Notes: generated from the letters alone by a model not told the origin. A stretch of DNA of 64,000 nt from Nitrospirales bacterium (GCA_963555755.3 OY820905.2:3040001-3104000), one strand, 5' to 3'. Shown: positions 41,195-52,006, counted from the first letter of the stretch. Made by a program: numbers and translations.

Positions 41195-42061
41195 TTATTC
41201 AATAGAGGTATTGAATCCTTCTCGGCTGACTCCGACGCGGTCGGCGTCGCAAAAAACATTTTTGAAAATGCCTACGATTTCGTAAAACTTTTCCAAGGTC
41301 GTCCATTCCGCAAAGCCTGTGTTATCTAATAATTGCGGCAACGTGGTGCGTTGGGTGCGTTTCCCTTCAGGGCTTCCATCGCCAAGTAAATAATGATCCA
41401 GGATAACGCGATGGCTACTGGCTTCTAAATCTTTGGCAAATTGCCAGGGATCATGGAGCGGTAGCAAGGGACTCACTGTTGCGACGGTGTGGAGCCCTGC
41501 GGCTCGTAAGGTCTGAAGGGCGTGCATGCGGGACTCTGGGGAGTACGCGTGGCGCGGAAAGGGTTGAGGCAATGCCGACCGGTCTGTCTCAATGGTGATG
41601 TGGATGCGTAACTGGCAACGTCCATGGAGTTTTTGCAACACTGGAAGATCGTCGATGACCAACGGCGTGTGTGTTTGGATGACCAGCAAGTCCGGTGGCC
41701 GCGTAATCATTTCTTCCAAGAGGTGTCGTGTTCGGCGCGTTGTGCGTTCTTGCGGGGGATAGGGTTCCGTGACACTCGACATAAAAATTTTAATGGGTTT
41801 TGTCTTGCCAGATCTGGGATATTTCAACCGATCGTATTGCATACGATAGGCTTCAACGACGCCCTCTTTGACATCTAAAAAGCTCCCCCACTCCCGTCCT
41901 TGTAAGTGATACGGATTCCATTGTGCATAGCAGTACAACCCGCAAAGCGTATTCCCAAGCGCGCACCCACGGTACAGATTAATCGTGTGGGTAAAGCCTT
42001 TGCCCAGGAATCCGCCTGTGGGATTGAGAATCGTTCGGCAGGGGATGTCTTGGACCTTCAT
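41195..42061 (-). CDS. Radical SAM protein, spore photoproduct lyase-like superfamily
   Basis: INLYRGC...C...YCYA, MSSVTEPY, TIETD. Confidence 0.8.
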   Translation of the reverse strand: MKVQDIPCRTILNPTGGFLGKGFTHTINLYRGCALGNTLCGLYCYAQWNPYHLQGREWGSFLDVKEGVVEAYRMQYDRLKYPRSGKTKPIKIFMSSVTEPYPPQERTTRRTRHLLEEMITRPPDLLVIQTHTPLVIDDLPVLQKLHGRCQLRIHITIETDRSALPQPFPRHAYSPESRMHALQTLRAAGLHTVATVSPLLPLHDPWQFAKDLEASSHRVILDHYLLGDGSPEGKRTQRTTLPQLLDNTGFAEWTTLEKFYEIVGIFKNVFCDADRVGVSREGFNTSIE

Positions 42062-42199
42062 GATCGGTCAGAGCCTGGTGTACACCAGTAGGTGCGTGGG
42101 TCGATTATTGTAAAACGGCTGCGAGGAGGTATCCCAAACTCCTTAATAGAGAGTACCATATTTACAGAGAAGAAAACGTAGTTCCCAAAGGAGACGCAC

Positions 42200-42697
42200 A
42201 TGAGAATGGCGATGTTTTTGAGTGTCTGGATTCTGTTCGCTCCGGTTCCGTGGTTGTTAGCCGAAGTTGAGCAACCCTCTCAGCATGAGGACGATCATCG
42301 CAGGGTAGAGGCAGCATGTTCTAAGAATCTGGTGCATCTTCAGGATGAAATGGAAATGCTGTTGAAATCGGTGTATGTCAAACAATTTCGAGAAACCATT
42401 CGCCGCTCGTTGACCGCCTCAATTCCAGAAGCGGTCAGCCGAATCGATGGACTCAAGGCCGAGATTGAATCCCTGCGACGAGAAATCCAATATCAGGTTC
42501 GCGTAGAAAAAAGCGCGGAATTTATTGTTCGGGATGTGTCGAAGAATCCTAATGGCCCTTTGACGCCCTGCAGGCGAACGGAAAAAGGCGGGTATTGCGA
42601 GACCCTTGAACGGTATTACATAGCCAAAGCTGCGAATCTGGCTAATCGAGGGTTTCTCCAAGCGCTCGAGTGTTATCACAAAAAAGGAAGCTATTGA
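42200..42697 (+). CDS. Exported hypothetical protein
   Basis: AAGGAG RBS; signal peptide. Confidence 0.65.
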   Translation: MRMAMFLSVWILFAPVPWLLAEVEQPSQHEDDHRRVEAACSKNLVHLQDEMEMLLKSVYVKQFRETIRRSLTASIPEAVSRIDGLKAEIESLRREIQYQVRVEKSAEFIVRDVSKNPNGPLTPCRRTEKGGYCETLERYYIAKAANLANRGFLQALECYHKKGSY

Positions 42698-43050
42698 GAG
42701 GCCCAATCTGTTATCGGAAAATTTTGAATTGGTCAACAGTTCTATCAGGGTTTTTCCCTATTTCTTGACACCCCTCTGCTGCGAGTGCCATTGTACTGTC
42801 CTGCTCAGAACACTGGGCGGGAGTGGACTTCCGTATGAGAGGCTGCTTCCTTATCCCTTTGGTGCTGGCCGCGAACTAGGGGAACAGTATGGCCAAGGCA
42901 TTATCTGTTTCATCATGGAATAATTGAACTCTTCGGGGCAATGGAAAAAAATTGAGAAAAGCCCCAAAAGGCGCTTGCCCCCCATCCCAAGTTTTTTGAA
43001 AAACTACGAAGCCGACATCATGGCTATCGTATGAGGTACGAAGTAAAGTC

Positions 43051-44430
43051 GTGGTTCGATCGATTCGATATAAATCTTGGATAGGATTATGCCTCCACAT
43101 GCTGTTGGCGTTGACCTGTCTCTCGCTGATTCCCTCCCAGGCCTTTGCGATTTCTCAAGCAACCCTCTCAGCACAAAAATCTTCTAAGCCCCAGACTTTT
43201 AGGAGTTTCGAAACCCTCCAACCTGCCGAGGCCAAGGACCTCTTGCCGGCCGACCTTCTCAAAAACGATTATCACGAAGTGGGTAGTGGCGCCACGCCGG
43301 ATGGGTGGTGGTATCGGTATACGATTCAGTCGCCATTTGGTGCCTTCAAGGCTTGGGGCGAAGACATGCTCCGCATTCGAGTGCATGAAGTGCGGGCGTT
43401 GGTGAAGATGGAGCAAGACATGAGTCAACCCGCGGCGTTTGGGTATGGTGTGCTCGACACGGTCATCAGTCCGTTTAAATTTCTTTGGGGGCTCATCACG
43501 GAACCCATGGAAACGTTAACCGGAGTACCGGAGGGTATAAAGCGAGTGGGCTCGCGCATAGGAGAAATGGTGACGGGGGAGCGTGGGAAATTGGAAGATG
43601 GTGAAGGCCAGGAACTGGTCGGATATGGAGGTGTAAAACGAACGGTGGCATCATTGGTGGGCGTGAACGTGTATACCTCGAATCCCGTGCTACAAGAGCA
43701 ACTCGATAGCATTGCCGCTGCGGGATATTCCGGGGGCGTGGGTTCCCGCATTGCCTTGATTCCAGTGAGCGGGCCAATTGGCCTGGCCCTGACGACCACC
43801 TCATTCAGCCGAGCCATGAACGAAATGTTGCTTGAATATTCACCAGAGGATTTGCGGAAAATCAATCGTGAGATTCTTGAACGCATCGGCGTACGGAAAG
43901 ACGTGCGCGATGCGTTTCTCGCCCATCCCTGGTACTCACCGCGACATGAAACGATCTTGGTCCATGCGCTTGACGAAATGAAAGGCGTGGATGATCGAAG
44001 TTTGGTTCTCCAACTGGCGATGAGCGCGGATTCAGAAGAAGAGGCTTTGTTTGCACAGCGTTTCGTAGAAATGTTTGCGAGTTACCATCAAACCGTGGTG
44101 CCACTTGGGGAATTCATTCTTATCGACGAACATGTGTTGGTGGGGTATACCACGGATCAAGCATTAGTCGCTGTATTGCCACTTCCACGCGTAGCATGGA
44201 CTGGGGAGCTGGCCGAAGCCACGGATGCGGTGGTGAATTGGACCTCATCGGCGCACCCCATTCGGCGTGTGGAGTTGTGGATGTCAGGCCAACCCACCAC
44301 GCGTGCCCATGATGAATTGGAGAAACGCGGGGTCATGATTTTCGAAAAGAAGCGGAGTCGCCTTCTGCCTCCAGTCATTCCCGAACCCTTGCCAATGGTA
44401 AAAAAGCTGGGCGACTCAATGCCTTCATGA
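43051..44430 (+). CDS. Exported hypothetical protein
   Basis: 459-aa ORF with signal peptide ending AFA. Confidence 0.75.
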   Translation: MVRSIRYKSWIGLCLHMLLALTCLSLIPSQAFAISQATLSAQKSSKPQTFRSFETLQPAEAKDLLPADLLKNDYHEVGSGATPDGWWYRYTIQSPFGAFKAWGEDMLRIRVHEVRALVKMEQDMSQPAAFGYGVLDTVISPFKFLWGLITEPMETLTGVPEGIKRVGSRIGEMVTGERGKLEDGEGQELVGYGGVKRTVASLVGVNVYTSNPVLQEQLDSIAAAGYSGGVGSRIALIPVSGPIGLALTTTSFSRAMNEMLLEYSPEDLRKINREILERIGVRKDVRDAFLAHPWYSPRHETILVHALDEMKGVDDRSLVLQLAMSADSEEEALFAQRFVEMFASYHQTVVPLGEFILIDEHVLVGYTTDQALVAVLPLPRVAWTGELAEATDAVVNWTSSAHPIRRVELWMSGQPTTRAHDELEKRGVMIFEKKRSRLLPPVIPEPLPMVKKLGDSMPS

Positions 44431-44572
44431 CTGACTGTGAACTAGAAATGATGCATGAAGAAAATGCAGGAGTGCTGAACGGGGAAACTCCCAGTCATTT
44501 CTGAAGAGAGAGGGCGGGGGATGCAGACGTTTGCAAAAAGTGATGTATGGAGTTGTATCGTGAAGGGCAACG

Positions 44573-45025
44573 TTGCACTTAAATCATTATAAAGAAGGAA
44601 GCGTCCCTTCACCCTGTACTGTCTCCAAAGGAGCGAGGGGGTTCAGAGGGCCCATTCTGTTAGCCATTCTCATCCTGCCGTGTTTGTGGAGCTCTACTCA
44701 TGCCCGTGATTTGGTTCAGCCCATGTTGTCCATTGAAGGTATGACCCAAGACCAACAACGGGTCTATCTCGATGGATTGGCGGATGGCTTTCAAATCATT
44801 AACGCCAAACTCCAGCGGCAGGGTCAGCAGCCGCTCTATTGCATTCCGGAAAAAGTTGTTGTCCTCGGGCGAGACTTATTGGAGTTTGCTACAGAAGATC
44901 TCCAAGGTCCCCAAGAGGATATCACCATCGCGGTCTCAGGCCTGCTCGGGCTTATCGAGCGCTATCCCTGCTCCAAGAAAAACGATCAACAATCACCTCC
45001 CGCAAAAAAACCTTCCTCAAGATAA
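44573..45025 (+). CDS. Exported small protein, Rap1a-immunity-like pattern
   Basis: YLDGLADG...YCIP...YPC; start uncertain. Confidence 0.5.
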   Translation: MHLNHYKEGSVPSPCTVSKGARGFRGPILLAILILPCLWSSTHARDLVQPMLSIEGMTQDQQRVYLDGLADGFQIINAKLQRQGQQPLYCIPEKVVVLGRDLLEFATEDLQGPQEDITIAVSGLLGLIERYPCSKKNDQQSPPAKKPSSR

Positions 45026-45028
45026 GTA

Positions 45029-45269
45029 GCAGGGTTTCGCCCCCGCGCGACGAGGCCCTTTTGTTTCGGCAAAAGGGACCAAAACCATTTCCGCCCGTGC
45101 GCGTCCCTGCGGGTGAACTCCGCCCCGGCACCGAATTATATGGCTGCGCAACTCGCTCCGAGGTGCAAAGCCACCTCTCCGCTCAAACAATGCTCGCCGA
45201 ATAGTCGAATTCGGTACTAGCCTTCGCCAAGAGACCGATTCAGGCCGGAGGCTCCGCCGCGCTCAACGC
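45029..45269 (-). repeat. Repeat family B, inverted copy
   Basis: Reverse complement of the 33754-34070 and 46630-46822 motifs. Confidence 0.75.
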
Positions 45270-45586
45270 TAACTATCTTTTCTATTGAGATATTTAATAG
45301 AAGAGTGGGGATGAAGTAAAAGTTCTCAAAGAGAAGGAAGAGCTATTTGTGTTTCAACACGAAAAACACAATCTCTCACTAGAGGTTGCGCCGTTTATGA
45401 TTTTTGGTGGGGATTTTGAGAAGAACCAGACGTACCTCTGGAACCCTGTTGAGTTCTTTCCTCTTTAACTAATTTTTCATAAACCCGACCAAAAACTTTG
45501 TTTGCCTGGTTTATTTGTCCTTGTTTTTTTTCAGAGTCCATAAAGGTTTCCTCCCTTTATTTGTTACAGGATGACCTACTAAAGTA

Positions 45587-46462
45587 CTATTTATCATCAT
45601 TATCGGTAAATAGGTAGATAAACGTATGGAGAACAATAAAGATTAATCCGGCCTGCTCTTTCAAAAGGTTAACAATCAATTCTTCGGCTTTTAAGAAAAG
45701 ACCTGGTTTTTGAGCATCAAGACAAAGACATCCAACGATATATCCATCCTCATAATCTTGGCAGTAAATAGGAACAGTAATTATCGTTCCGTATTTGTCT
45801 CTCCATTGCGGGTCGGAGTTCATATATTCTTTAGAATCAGCCGATTTATAAAGATTATGATTTATATAGTGGGGACGAAGTGATACTTCTTTGCTAGCAA
45901 TATAGGTGAATTCTGTGTTTTCACTGATAAGTCCAGAGGAGAACTCAACACTTTCAGGTCTTCCTTGTCGCGCATCTGAGTTTCGACACAGGGTGTAAAA
46001 TGACTCCTCTACTCTTCTTACTTTAATAGAAACTACGACTTCATCCTGAACAATCAGCCAAATCACGTCTCGAAAATTATCCAACATTTGCCGTAATACA
46101 TTTTGCAGTTCTTTTTCTTCTCTGCCTTCAGGTGCTTCAAAGAGCTTGATATAAGAGTTCGCAGCCCGAGCACCCATTTGTTCAAAAACGTTTGGATCTT
46201 TTAAGAGCCTTCTTTCGGTCCCTCGCTGTAAAACCAAGCTGAAAAGTATACCGGTGAGACTTACAAAAATAGCAAGAAGGCTTGATAAAATAAGAATCGA
46301 CGTTTCCGAAGAGTTGTCTGAAGTAAAAAAAGAAAAGCCAAAAAGGGAGAGGGCAATAATGCTTGCAATAAAGCCTACAGCAGGAACAAGTCCACGGAAG
46401 GATTCCGGCAAAACTGTATAAAAAAACTTATATCCCCAAACACTTAAATTTCCTCTTACCAT
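45587..46462 (-). CDS. AT-rich hypothetical membrane protein with GAF-like C-terminus
   Basis: Two TM helices; ITVPI...VGCLCLDA; visibly lower GC than neighbours. Confidence 0.65.
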   Translation of the reverse strand: MVRGNLSVWGYKFFYTVLPESFRGLVPAVGFIASIIALSLFGFSFFTSDNSSETSILILSSLLAIFVSLTGILFSLVLQRGTERRLLKDPNVFEQMGARAANSYIKLFEAPEGREEKELQNVLRQMLDNFRDVIWLIVQDEVVVSIKVRRVEESFYTLCRNSDARQGRPESVEFSSGLISENTEFTYIASKEVSLRPHYINHNLYKSADSKEYMNSDPQWRDKYGTIITVPIYCQDYEDGYIVGCLCLDAQKPGLFLKAEELIVNLLKEQAGLIFIVLHTFIYLFTDNDDK

Positions 46463-46629
46463 CTATGACCTTTGCCCAATAGGTGCATCGCTTTAGATAT
46501 AATAGTGTACTTCATTGGGTTCAAACATATCTAATGATTTTTTTAGGGACATTGTGAGAAAAACGTCCCTTACGGTAGATGTTAGGGAAGTTTTGTAAAA
46601 TCAATTGCTATGAATTTTTCCTTTCCTCC

Positions 46630-46822
46630 GCCTTCGGGCGCGGCTTTGCCGCGGAATCAAATTCGACCATTCTGGTGAGGGCTGTTTGAGCGGAGCGAGT
46701 TCCCGAGCCATATAATTTGGTTTCGTGGCAAAGCCTACCCGTAGGGGCCGCGCCCGGGCGAGAATGGTTTTGGTCCCTTTTGCCGAAACAAAAGGGACTC
46801 GTCGGCGGGGGCGAAACCCCGC
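46630..46822 (+). repeat. Repeat family B
   Basis: Shared motifs as above. Confidence 0.75.
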
Positions 46823-46829
46823 ATAAAGG

Positions 46830-47459
46830 TTAAGAGAATTCCTTCCAATTCGCATAAGGCTTTATTTTATATATCTCCTCAATGGAATTGCCCAACCCCA
46901 CTCCTTGCTCCTCAAACAATTTAGCAGTACGCCAGAGCGGAAGCCCGACAATGGTCGGATAATCCCCCTCAATCTTTTCAATGAGCTTGGCCCCTTGGCC
47001 TTGAATCGAATACCCCCCAGCCTTGCCTAAGCTTTCTTCTGTGTTCAAATAATTTCCCAGTTCCACTTCGTCAAACGGTTTGATCCAAACGTGGGCGGTT
47101 TCCACTAGTGCCACTAAAAGATCCGCTGCTTTTTGAATCAATGCCAAGCCTGTGTGCACTTGATGGCAACGGCCTCGGAGTTGGCGCAACATGATTTCGG
47201 CTTCCTTAATATTTTCCGGTTTGCCCAGCAAGGTGCCACCTATTTCGATGAGGGTATCGCTTCCAAGGACCAGATGGTGTGGGTGTTGAATGGCAATGGA
47301 CTCGGCCTTGTCTATGGAAAATTGTTTGGCTTGCTCAGACGGGGTTAAATGCGGCGAAAGGATTTCTTCGCAAGTCGGCGGAATAATATCAAAAGAAATT
47401 CCGAGCAACGCAAGCAATTCGCGGCGGCGAGGTGAGGTGGAGGCTAGGATGATCTTCAC
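46830..47459 (-). CDS. maf: Maf family nucleotide pyrophosphatase
   Basis: LASTSPRR, GSDT, GKP, KAGGYSIQG, VGLP. Confidence 0.93.
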   Translation of the reverse strand: MKIILASTSPRRRELLALLGISFDIIPPTCEEILSPHLTPSEQAKQFSIDKAESIAIQHPHHLVLGSDTLIEIGGTLLGKPENIKEAEIMLRQLRGRCHQVHTGLALIQKAADLLVALVETAHVWIKPFDEVELGNYLNTEESLGKAGGYSIQGQGAKLIEKIEGDYPTIVGLPLWRTAKLFEEQGVGLGNSIEEIYKIKPYANWKEFS

Positions 47460-47473
47460 GAAAATTTAGACGA

Positions 47474-47820
47474 GGACCTGAGAGAAAATACCTTGGACAA
47501 TATCGCGCCAAGATTTGGGTCGGATTTGGACGGACCGATTGAGAAGAACGCGAAGCATAGCACAGCTATGTTGAGGGTTTTTCGATTGAGGCCCGTTCAA
47601 CCTAGAAACAGCAGTTGGGCGCAAAAAAGCCGTGTAAGACATTGGGGTGCATGGTGAAATACAAAAAGTCGTGGTCACCTCGGTGGTGATAAGACATTTT
47701 TGTATTTTGCCAGGTGCGCCAAGAGCTTGCGCGGACTTTTGTGATCCAACTGCTGTTTCTAGGTTCCAAGATGGCCCGAAGATTGGATGCGAGATGTCCA
47801 AGGTATTTTCTCTCAGGTCC
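47474..47820. mobile_element. MITE with 26-bp TIR GGACCTGAGAGAAAATACCTTGGACA containing a nested family D copy
   Basis: Perfect inverted match at 47474-47499 and 47795-47820. Confidence 0.78.
47599..47765. mobile_element. MITE family D
   Basis: AACCTAGAAACAGCAGTTGG...CCAACTGCTGTTTCTAGGTT. Confidence 0.82.
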
Positions 47821-48959
47821 TAAGACGATGCGCTCACAGCTTCTGCTTCAGTGAGAACGTGTTGGGACATATATTCTTCGACCAAGCCCTTCACGTCTTG
47901 GGCATTGTTTGTTTTTACCATATTGGCGCGCATGGCGGCAGCATGGGGGAATCCACTGCAATACCATCCGAGGTGTTTCCGCATGCGGGGAAACCGTGGC
48001 GCATCATTGAAGGATTCAAACAGGGTCGCATGGTCGATCATCATCTGAAAACGTGTTTCCAGTGAAACCGATGCCTCGGGAAGTGACGGTGGATTGGGGT
48101 TGTGGGTGGCGTGTCGAATGAGCTCCTTTCCTTGAAAAATCCACGGATTTCCTTGCGCCGCGCGTCCAATGAGAATCCCATCGACCCCGCTGGCTTGAAT
48201 CCGGCTCACGGCTTCATTGCGTGAACGAATGTCGCCGTTGCCTAACACTAGAATGCCACGGGATTTGATGTGTTGTGCGGCGCTGGCGATGGTTTCCCAG
48301 TCCGCTTCTCCCCGATACATTTGTGCCAAAGTTCGCCCGTGAATCGAGATGACTTCCGGTTGGCCTTGAGCCAGGCAATCACTCCATTCGTTGATGACCA
48401 CCGAGTCATAGCCGAGCCGGGTCTTGACCGTGAGAGGGAGCAGCGCACGTGGTGGCTGGTCTTTTTCAAGCCAACGATCTGCGTTTCTTTCTTCGGCCTG
48501 TTCGATCGCAGCCTTTTTCAATCCTAGATCTGCAAGTGTTTGTCCATTGGCCCAATCAGTCAGTCCTTGTTTGGCCGAGGCCATGATCTCCAAGGCCAAT
48601 TCAGGAGTGCGAATCAGACCGGCCCCGCTTCCCGAGGAAGCCACGTTTTTTGACGGGCACCCCATGTTGATATCCATTCCATCAAAGCCTAATTCCCCAA
48701 TCACATGCGCGGCTTTGTAAAATAATGCAGGATCTTTTCCGTACAATTGCGCTACGATGGGGCGTTCGCATTCGGAGTAGCGTAGGGGTTCCCAGCCCAT
48801 TCGGCCCCCATGACAAATGTCGTGAACATTGGTGAACTCGGTAAAGGTCACATCGGGTTGGCCGTGGGTGGCCATAATATGGCGGAAGGTCACGTCGGTG
48901 ACCCCATCCATGGGGGAAAGGCCCACAATGGGACAAGGTAATGATTGCCAAAAACTCAT
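47820..48959 (-). CDS. dus: tRNA-dihydrouridine synthase
   Basis: SPMDGVTD, DINMGCP, VKTRLG, HGRT, GNGDI. Confidence 0.92.
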   Translation of the reverse strand: MSFWQSLPCPIVGLSPMDGVTDVTFRHIMATHGQPDVTFTEFTNVHDICHGGRMGWEPLRYSECERPIVAQLYGKDPALFYKAAHVIGELGFDGMDINMGCPSKNVASSGSGAGLIRTPELALEIMASAKQGLTDWANGQTLADLGLKKAAIEQAEERNADRWLEKDQPPRALLPLTVKTRLGYDSVVINEWSDCLAQGQPEVISIHGRTLAQMYRGEADWETIASAAQHIKSRGILVLGNGDIRSRNEAVSRIQASGVDGILIGRAAQGNPWIFQGKELIRHATHNPNPPSLPEASVSLETRFQMMIDHATLFESFNDAPRFPRMRKHLGWYCSGFPHAAAMRANMVKTNNAQDVKGLVEEYMSQHVLTEAEAVSASS

Positions 48960-49148
48960 AGGAGGTAGGGTTTTACAATGCTCATGTTACTATGTGTGGG
49001 TTGCGAAATAGTTGATTTCATCCTTAAGAAAACCGAAAAGAACAATGGCAGGCCCTGCCATCTTTCTACTGAACAAAATAGTATGGTTGGTATCCAATTG
49101 TCCAGCTTGATTGTCGTTATGAAAAAGTCTTAGCCGAGAACTGACCAG

Positions 49149-50261
49149 ATGATGAAACACCTTGAAGAGCCTTTTGATGAGACCATTTCCGCAGGTACCC
49201 CTTCGAAGGATCAATCCGAAGATTCTGCAGGTCTGCTTGCCAAACTTGAAACCCTCTTATCAGGCCCACCGTCTGATTTGCGAACTGTGCTCATCCGAGA
49301 AATGCTGGCCGGGATCGTGAAATTTCATGAGCATTCCATCGATGTATTAGATATTAAGATCGTCAATCGGGCTTTGAAGGAATTGCGGTATGCGTTTCAG
49401 GTCTTTCAGCCCTATGAACATTGTTTGAAAGTTAGCATTTATGGTTCAGCCAGAACACCTTCCGATCATCCAGATTTTCAATTGGCTGCTCGATTCGGTC
49501 GGCTTCTTAGTCAGCAGGGTTTTATGGTCATCACGGGAGCAGGGCCGGGGATTATGGAGGCTGGGCACCAAGGTGCTGGGAAAGACATGAGTTTTGGCGT
49601 CAATATCATGTTGCCTTATGAGCAATCCGCCAATGCGACGATTGCCGATGATCCGAAACTTATCCACTTGAAATACTTTTTTACCCGAAAACTGTTGTTT
49701 GTTCGTGAGGCGCAAGCTGCCGCGTTTTTTCCTGGCGGATTGGGCACCATGGATGAGGCCTTTGAGATTCTGACTCTCATTCAAACCGGAAAAGCGAATC
49801 TTGTTCCCATTGTGTGTCTTCAGGCCCAAGGGTCGGATTATTGGGATCGATGGATGGACTTTGTGGCAGGCCAACTTCTGCCACGAGGACTGATTTCTGA
49901 ATCAGACTTAAGCCTGTTTAAGATTTTTGATCACGAAGAACCGGCGGTGCAGGAGATCCAAGACTTTTATCGAAACTTTCATTCGTTCAAGTTTGTCCGC
50001 GAGCTATTGGTCGTCAGAATTCGGCAGCCGCTTACTCCCCTTCAACTAGCCGATGTACAGTCAAATTTTCAGGATCTCTGCGTGGACGGTTCATTCTCTA
50101 CCGTCCAGGCCTTTCCTCAAGAACAAGATGAAACAGAGGCCCTGCATCTACCCCGCCTGGCGTTTCATTACCATCGACGGAATGCTGGTCGTCTTCGTCA
50201 ATTTATTAACTGGTTGAATGGATTACAGAAAGAATCCTCTCCCGCAAGGGATGAAGGCTGA
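49149..50261 (+). CDS. LOG family (TIGR00730-like) nucleotide phosphoribohydrolase
   Basis: YGSART, TGAGPGIM, FFTRK, PGGLGTMDE. Confidence 0.88.
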   Translation: MMKHLEEPFDETISAGTPSKDQSEDSAGLLAKLETLLSGPPSDLRTVLIREMLAGIVKFHEHSIDVLDIKIVNRALKELRYAFQVFQPYEHCLKVSIYGSARTPSDHPDFQLAARFGRLLSQQGFMVITGAGPGIMEAGHQGAGKDMSFGVNIMLPYEQSANATIADDPKLIHLKYFFTRKLLFVREAQAAAFFPGGLGTMDEAFEILTLIQTGKANLVPIVCLQAQGSDYWDRWMDFVAGQLLPRGLISESDLSLFKIFDHEEPAVQEIQDFYRNFHSFKFVRELLVVRIRQPLTPLQLADVQSNFQDLCVDGSFSTVQAFPQEQDETEALHLPRLAFHYHRRNAGRLRQFINWLNGLQKESSPARDEG

Positions 50262-50336
50262 TAAGGGTCAGGTAGCACAAACCTGGTTTTAGGAATTCGA
50301 GAGTCCTGGCCCTTTGTCCAAAGGGGCAATCATGAT

Positions 50337-51218
50337 ATGGTATCGGGTTCCATGAATGATAGAGCCCAAAACCAAATGTCTGTTTCCCCAAAATCAGAGC
50401 CAAATGTTGTGTTGTACCATGCTGATTGCATGGATGGGTTTGGCGCGGCTTGGGCCCTATGGAAGCGCTATCCTACAGCCGAGTATATTCCTGTCAAGCA
50501 TGGTCAAGTACCGCCTTCAGGTCTGGATGGCCAGCATGTGATAATGGCTGATTTTAGCTATGCGCGAGAGGTCATTGAACAGATCAACCAGGTGGCAGCG
50601 AGCTTTCAAATCCTGGATCACCATGTCACCGCCCAAGCCGCGTTGGCTGGGCTTCCCTATGCCTATTTTGACATGAAGAAAAGCGGCGCGGTGTTGGCAT
50701 GGGAGTGGGCGCATCAGGAGCCGGTCCCGTGGCTGCTGCAATACATCCAAGACAAAGATCTCTGGGAATGGCGATTATCACAGAGCCGTGAAATCAGTGC
50801 AGCTTTAGCCTCCTACCCCTTTGATTTTTCAGTATGGGATAGTTTGGATCAGAAGGTGCTGGAGATTGAAGGACGAGCCATCCTGCGGTTGGAAGGCACA
50901 CTGATCGCCAAAATGGTGGAAGAAGCGGCCTTGGTTTCCTTTCAAGGAGAAACGATTCCTGCTGTCTATAGTCCGGTCATGACCAGCCAAATTGGGGAGC
51001 GATTGTGCCAAGGATTTCCATTTTGCATTATTTGGCATCAGCAAGACGGGCGACGATACTTTAGCTTGCGTTCGCGGTCTGGAACGACGGATGTTTCTGC
51101 CATTGCGGCCAAATTTGGAGGTGGCGGACATATCCATGCTGCGGGGTTTTCCCTTCCGCTTTTATCGTCCACCGATCAGCTGCTTGACCCAGTTAAAAAT
51201 TATTTCGCGGCAGAATAG
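50337..51218 (+). CDS. DHH/DHHA1 phosphoesterase
   Basis: HADCMDG, DHH, SLRS, GGGGH..AAG; start uncertain. Confidence 0.88.
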   Translation: MVSGSMNDRAQNQMSVSPKSEPNVVLYHADCMDGFGAAWALWKRYPTAEYIPVKHGQVPPSGLDGQHVIMADFSYAREVIEQINQVAASFQILDHHVTAQAALAGLPYAYFDMKKSGAVLAWEWAHQEPVPWLLQYIQDKDLWEWRLSQSREISAALASYPFDFSVWDSLDQKVLEIEGRAILRLEGTLIAKMVEEAALVSFQGETIPAVYSPVMTSQIGERLCQGFPFCIIWHQQDGRRYFSLRSRSGTTDVSAIAAKFGGGGHIHAAGFSLPLLSSTDQLLDPVKNYFAAE

Positions 51219-51258
51219 CCTTCATCTCGGCCAATCCTTTTATAAAACTTCCTGGCCT

Positions 51259-51975
51259 ATGATTCCACTAAAAGACGATAATCCAACGGAAATTAAACCC
51301 ATTGTCACAATCGGGTTTATCGTCGCTTGTGTCTTGGTTTTCCTGTATCAAGTTTCTCTTCAGGCCAAACTCGGTGAAATTTTTGTGTATCAATACGGCG
51401 CCATTCCAGCAGTCGTTTTTGGGTATGCGGATTTGCCTCCCGAGCTTGTGGCTATACCAGCCTATAGCAGTTTAATGACAAGCATGTTTCTGCATGGAGG
51501 CTGGATGCACTTGATCGGGAATATGATGTATCTTTGGATCTTTGGCAATAATATTGAAGACGTCATGGGGCATGTAAAATTCGTTGTGTTTTATGTCTTA
51601 TGCGGACTCCTTGCAGCCCTGAGCCATGCCGCGATCGATTCCGGGTCCACGGTGCCCATGGTCGGGGCCAGTGGCGCGATCTCTGGAATATTAGGGGCCT
51701 ATATCTTGCTGTTTCCCCGAGCCCGGGTTTTAATCTTGATTCCTTTTGGGTTTTTTAGCCAAATGATTTACGTCCCTGCAGGTATCGTGCTTGGCCTGTG
51801 GTTTTTAATGCAATTGTTCAGTGGCGGAATGAGCATCGGGAATCAGGGAGGAGGCGTGGCATTCTTTGCTCATATTGGAGGGTTTGTGGTTGGCATGGCC
51901 CTTATTCCTTTTTTTAAACACTCCCATGTGAAGTTTTTTAATCCGCCCCAGTATCATCCGCGGTCGTGGCGTTAG
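51259..51975 (+). CDS. Rhomboid intramembrane serine protease
   Basis: MIPLKD, HGGWMHLIGN, GASG, AHIGG. Confidence 0.93.
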   Translation: MIPLKDDNPTEIKPIVTIGFIVACVLVFLYQVSLQAKLGEIFVYQYGAIPAVVFGYADLPPELVAIPAYSSLMTSMFLHGGWMHLIGNMMYLWIFGNNIEDVMGHVKFVVFYVLCGLLAALSHAAIDSGSTVPMVGASGAISGILGAYILLFPRARVLILIPFGFFSQMIYVPAGIVLGLWFLMQLFSGGMSIGNQGGGVAFFAHIGGFVVGMALIPFFKHSHVKFFNPPQYHPRSWR

Positions 51976-51978
51976 TTG

Positions 51979-52006
51979 AACCTAGAAACGGCAGTTGGGC
52001 GCAAAA
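51979..52006. repeat. Solo left end of MITE family D
   Basis: AACCTAGAAACGGCAGTTGGGCGCAAAA. Confidence 0.65.
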
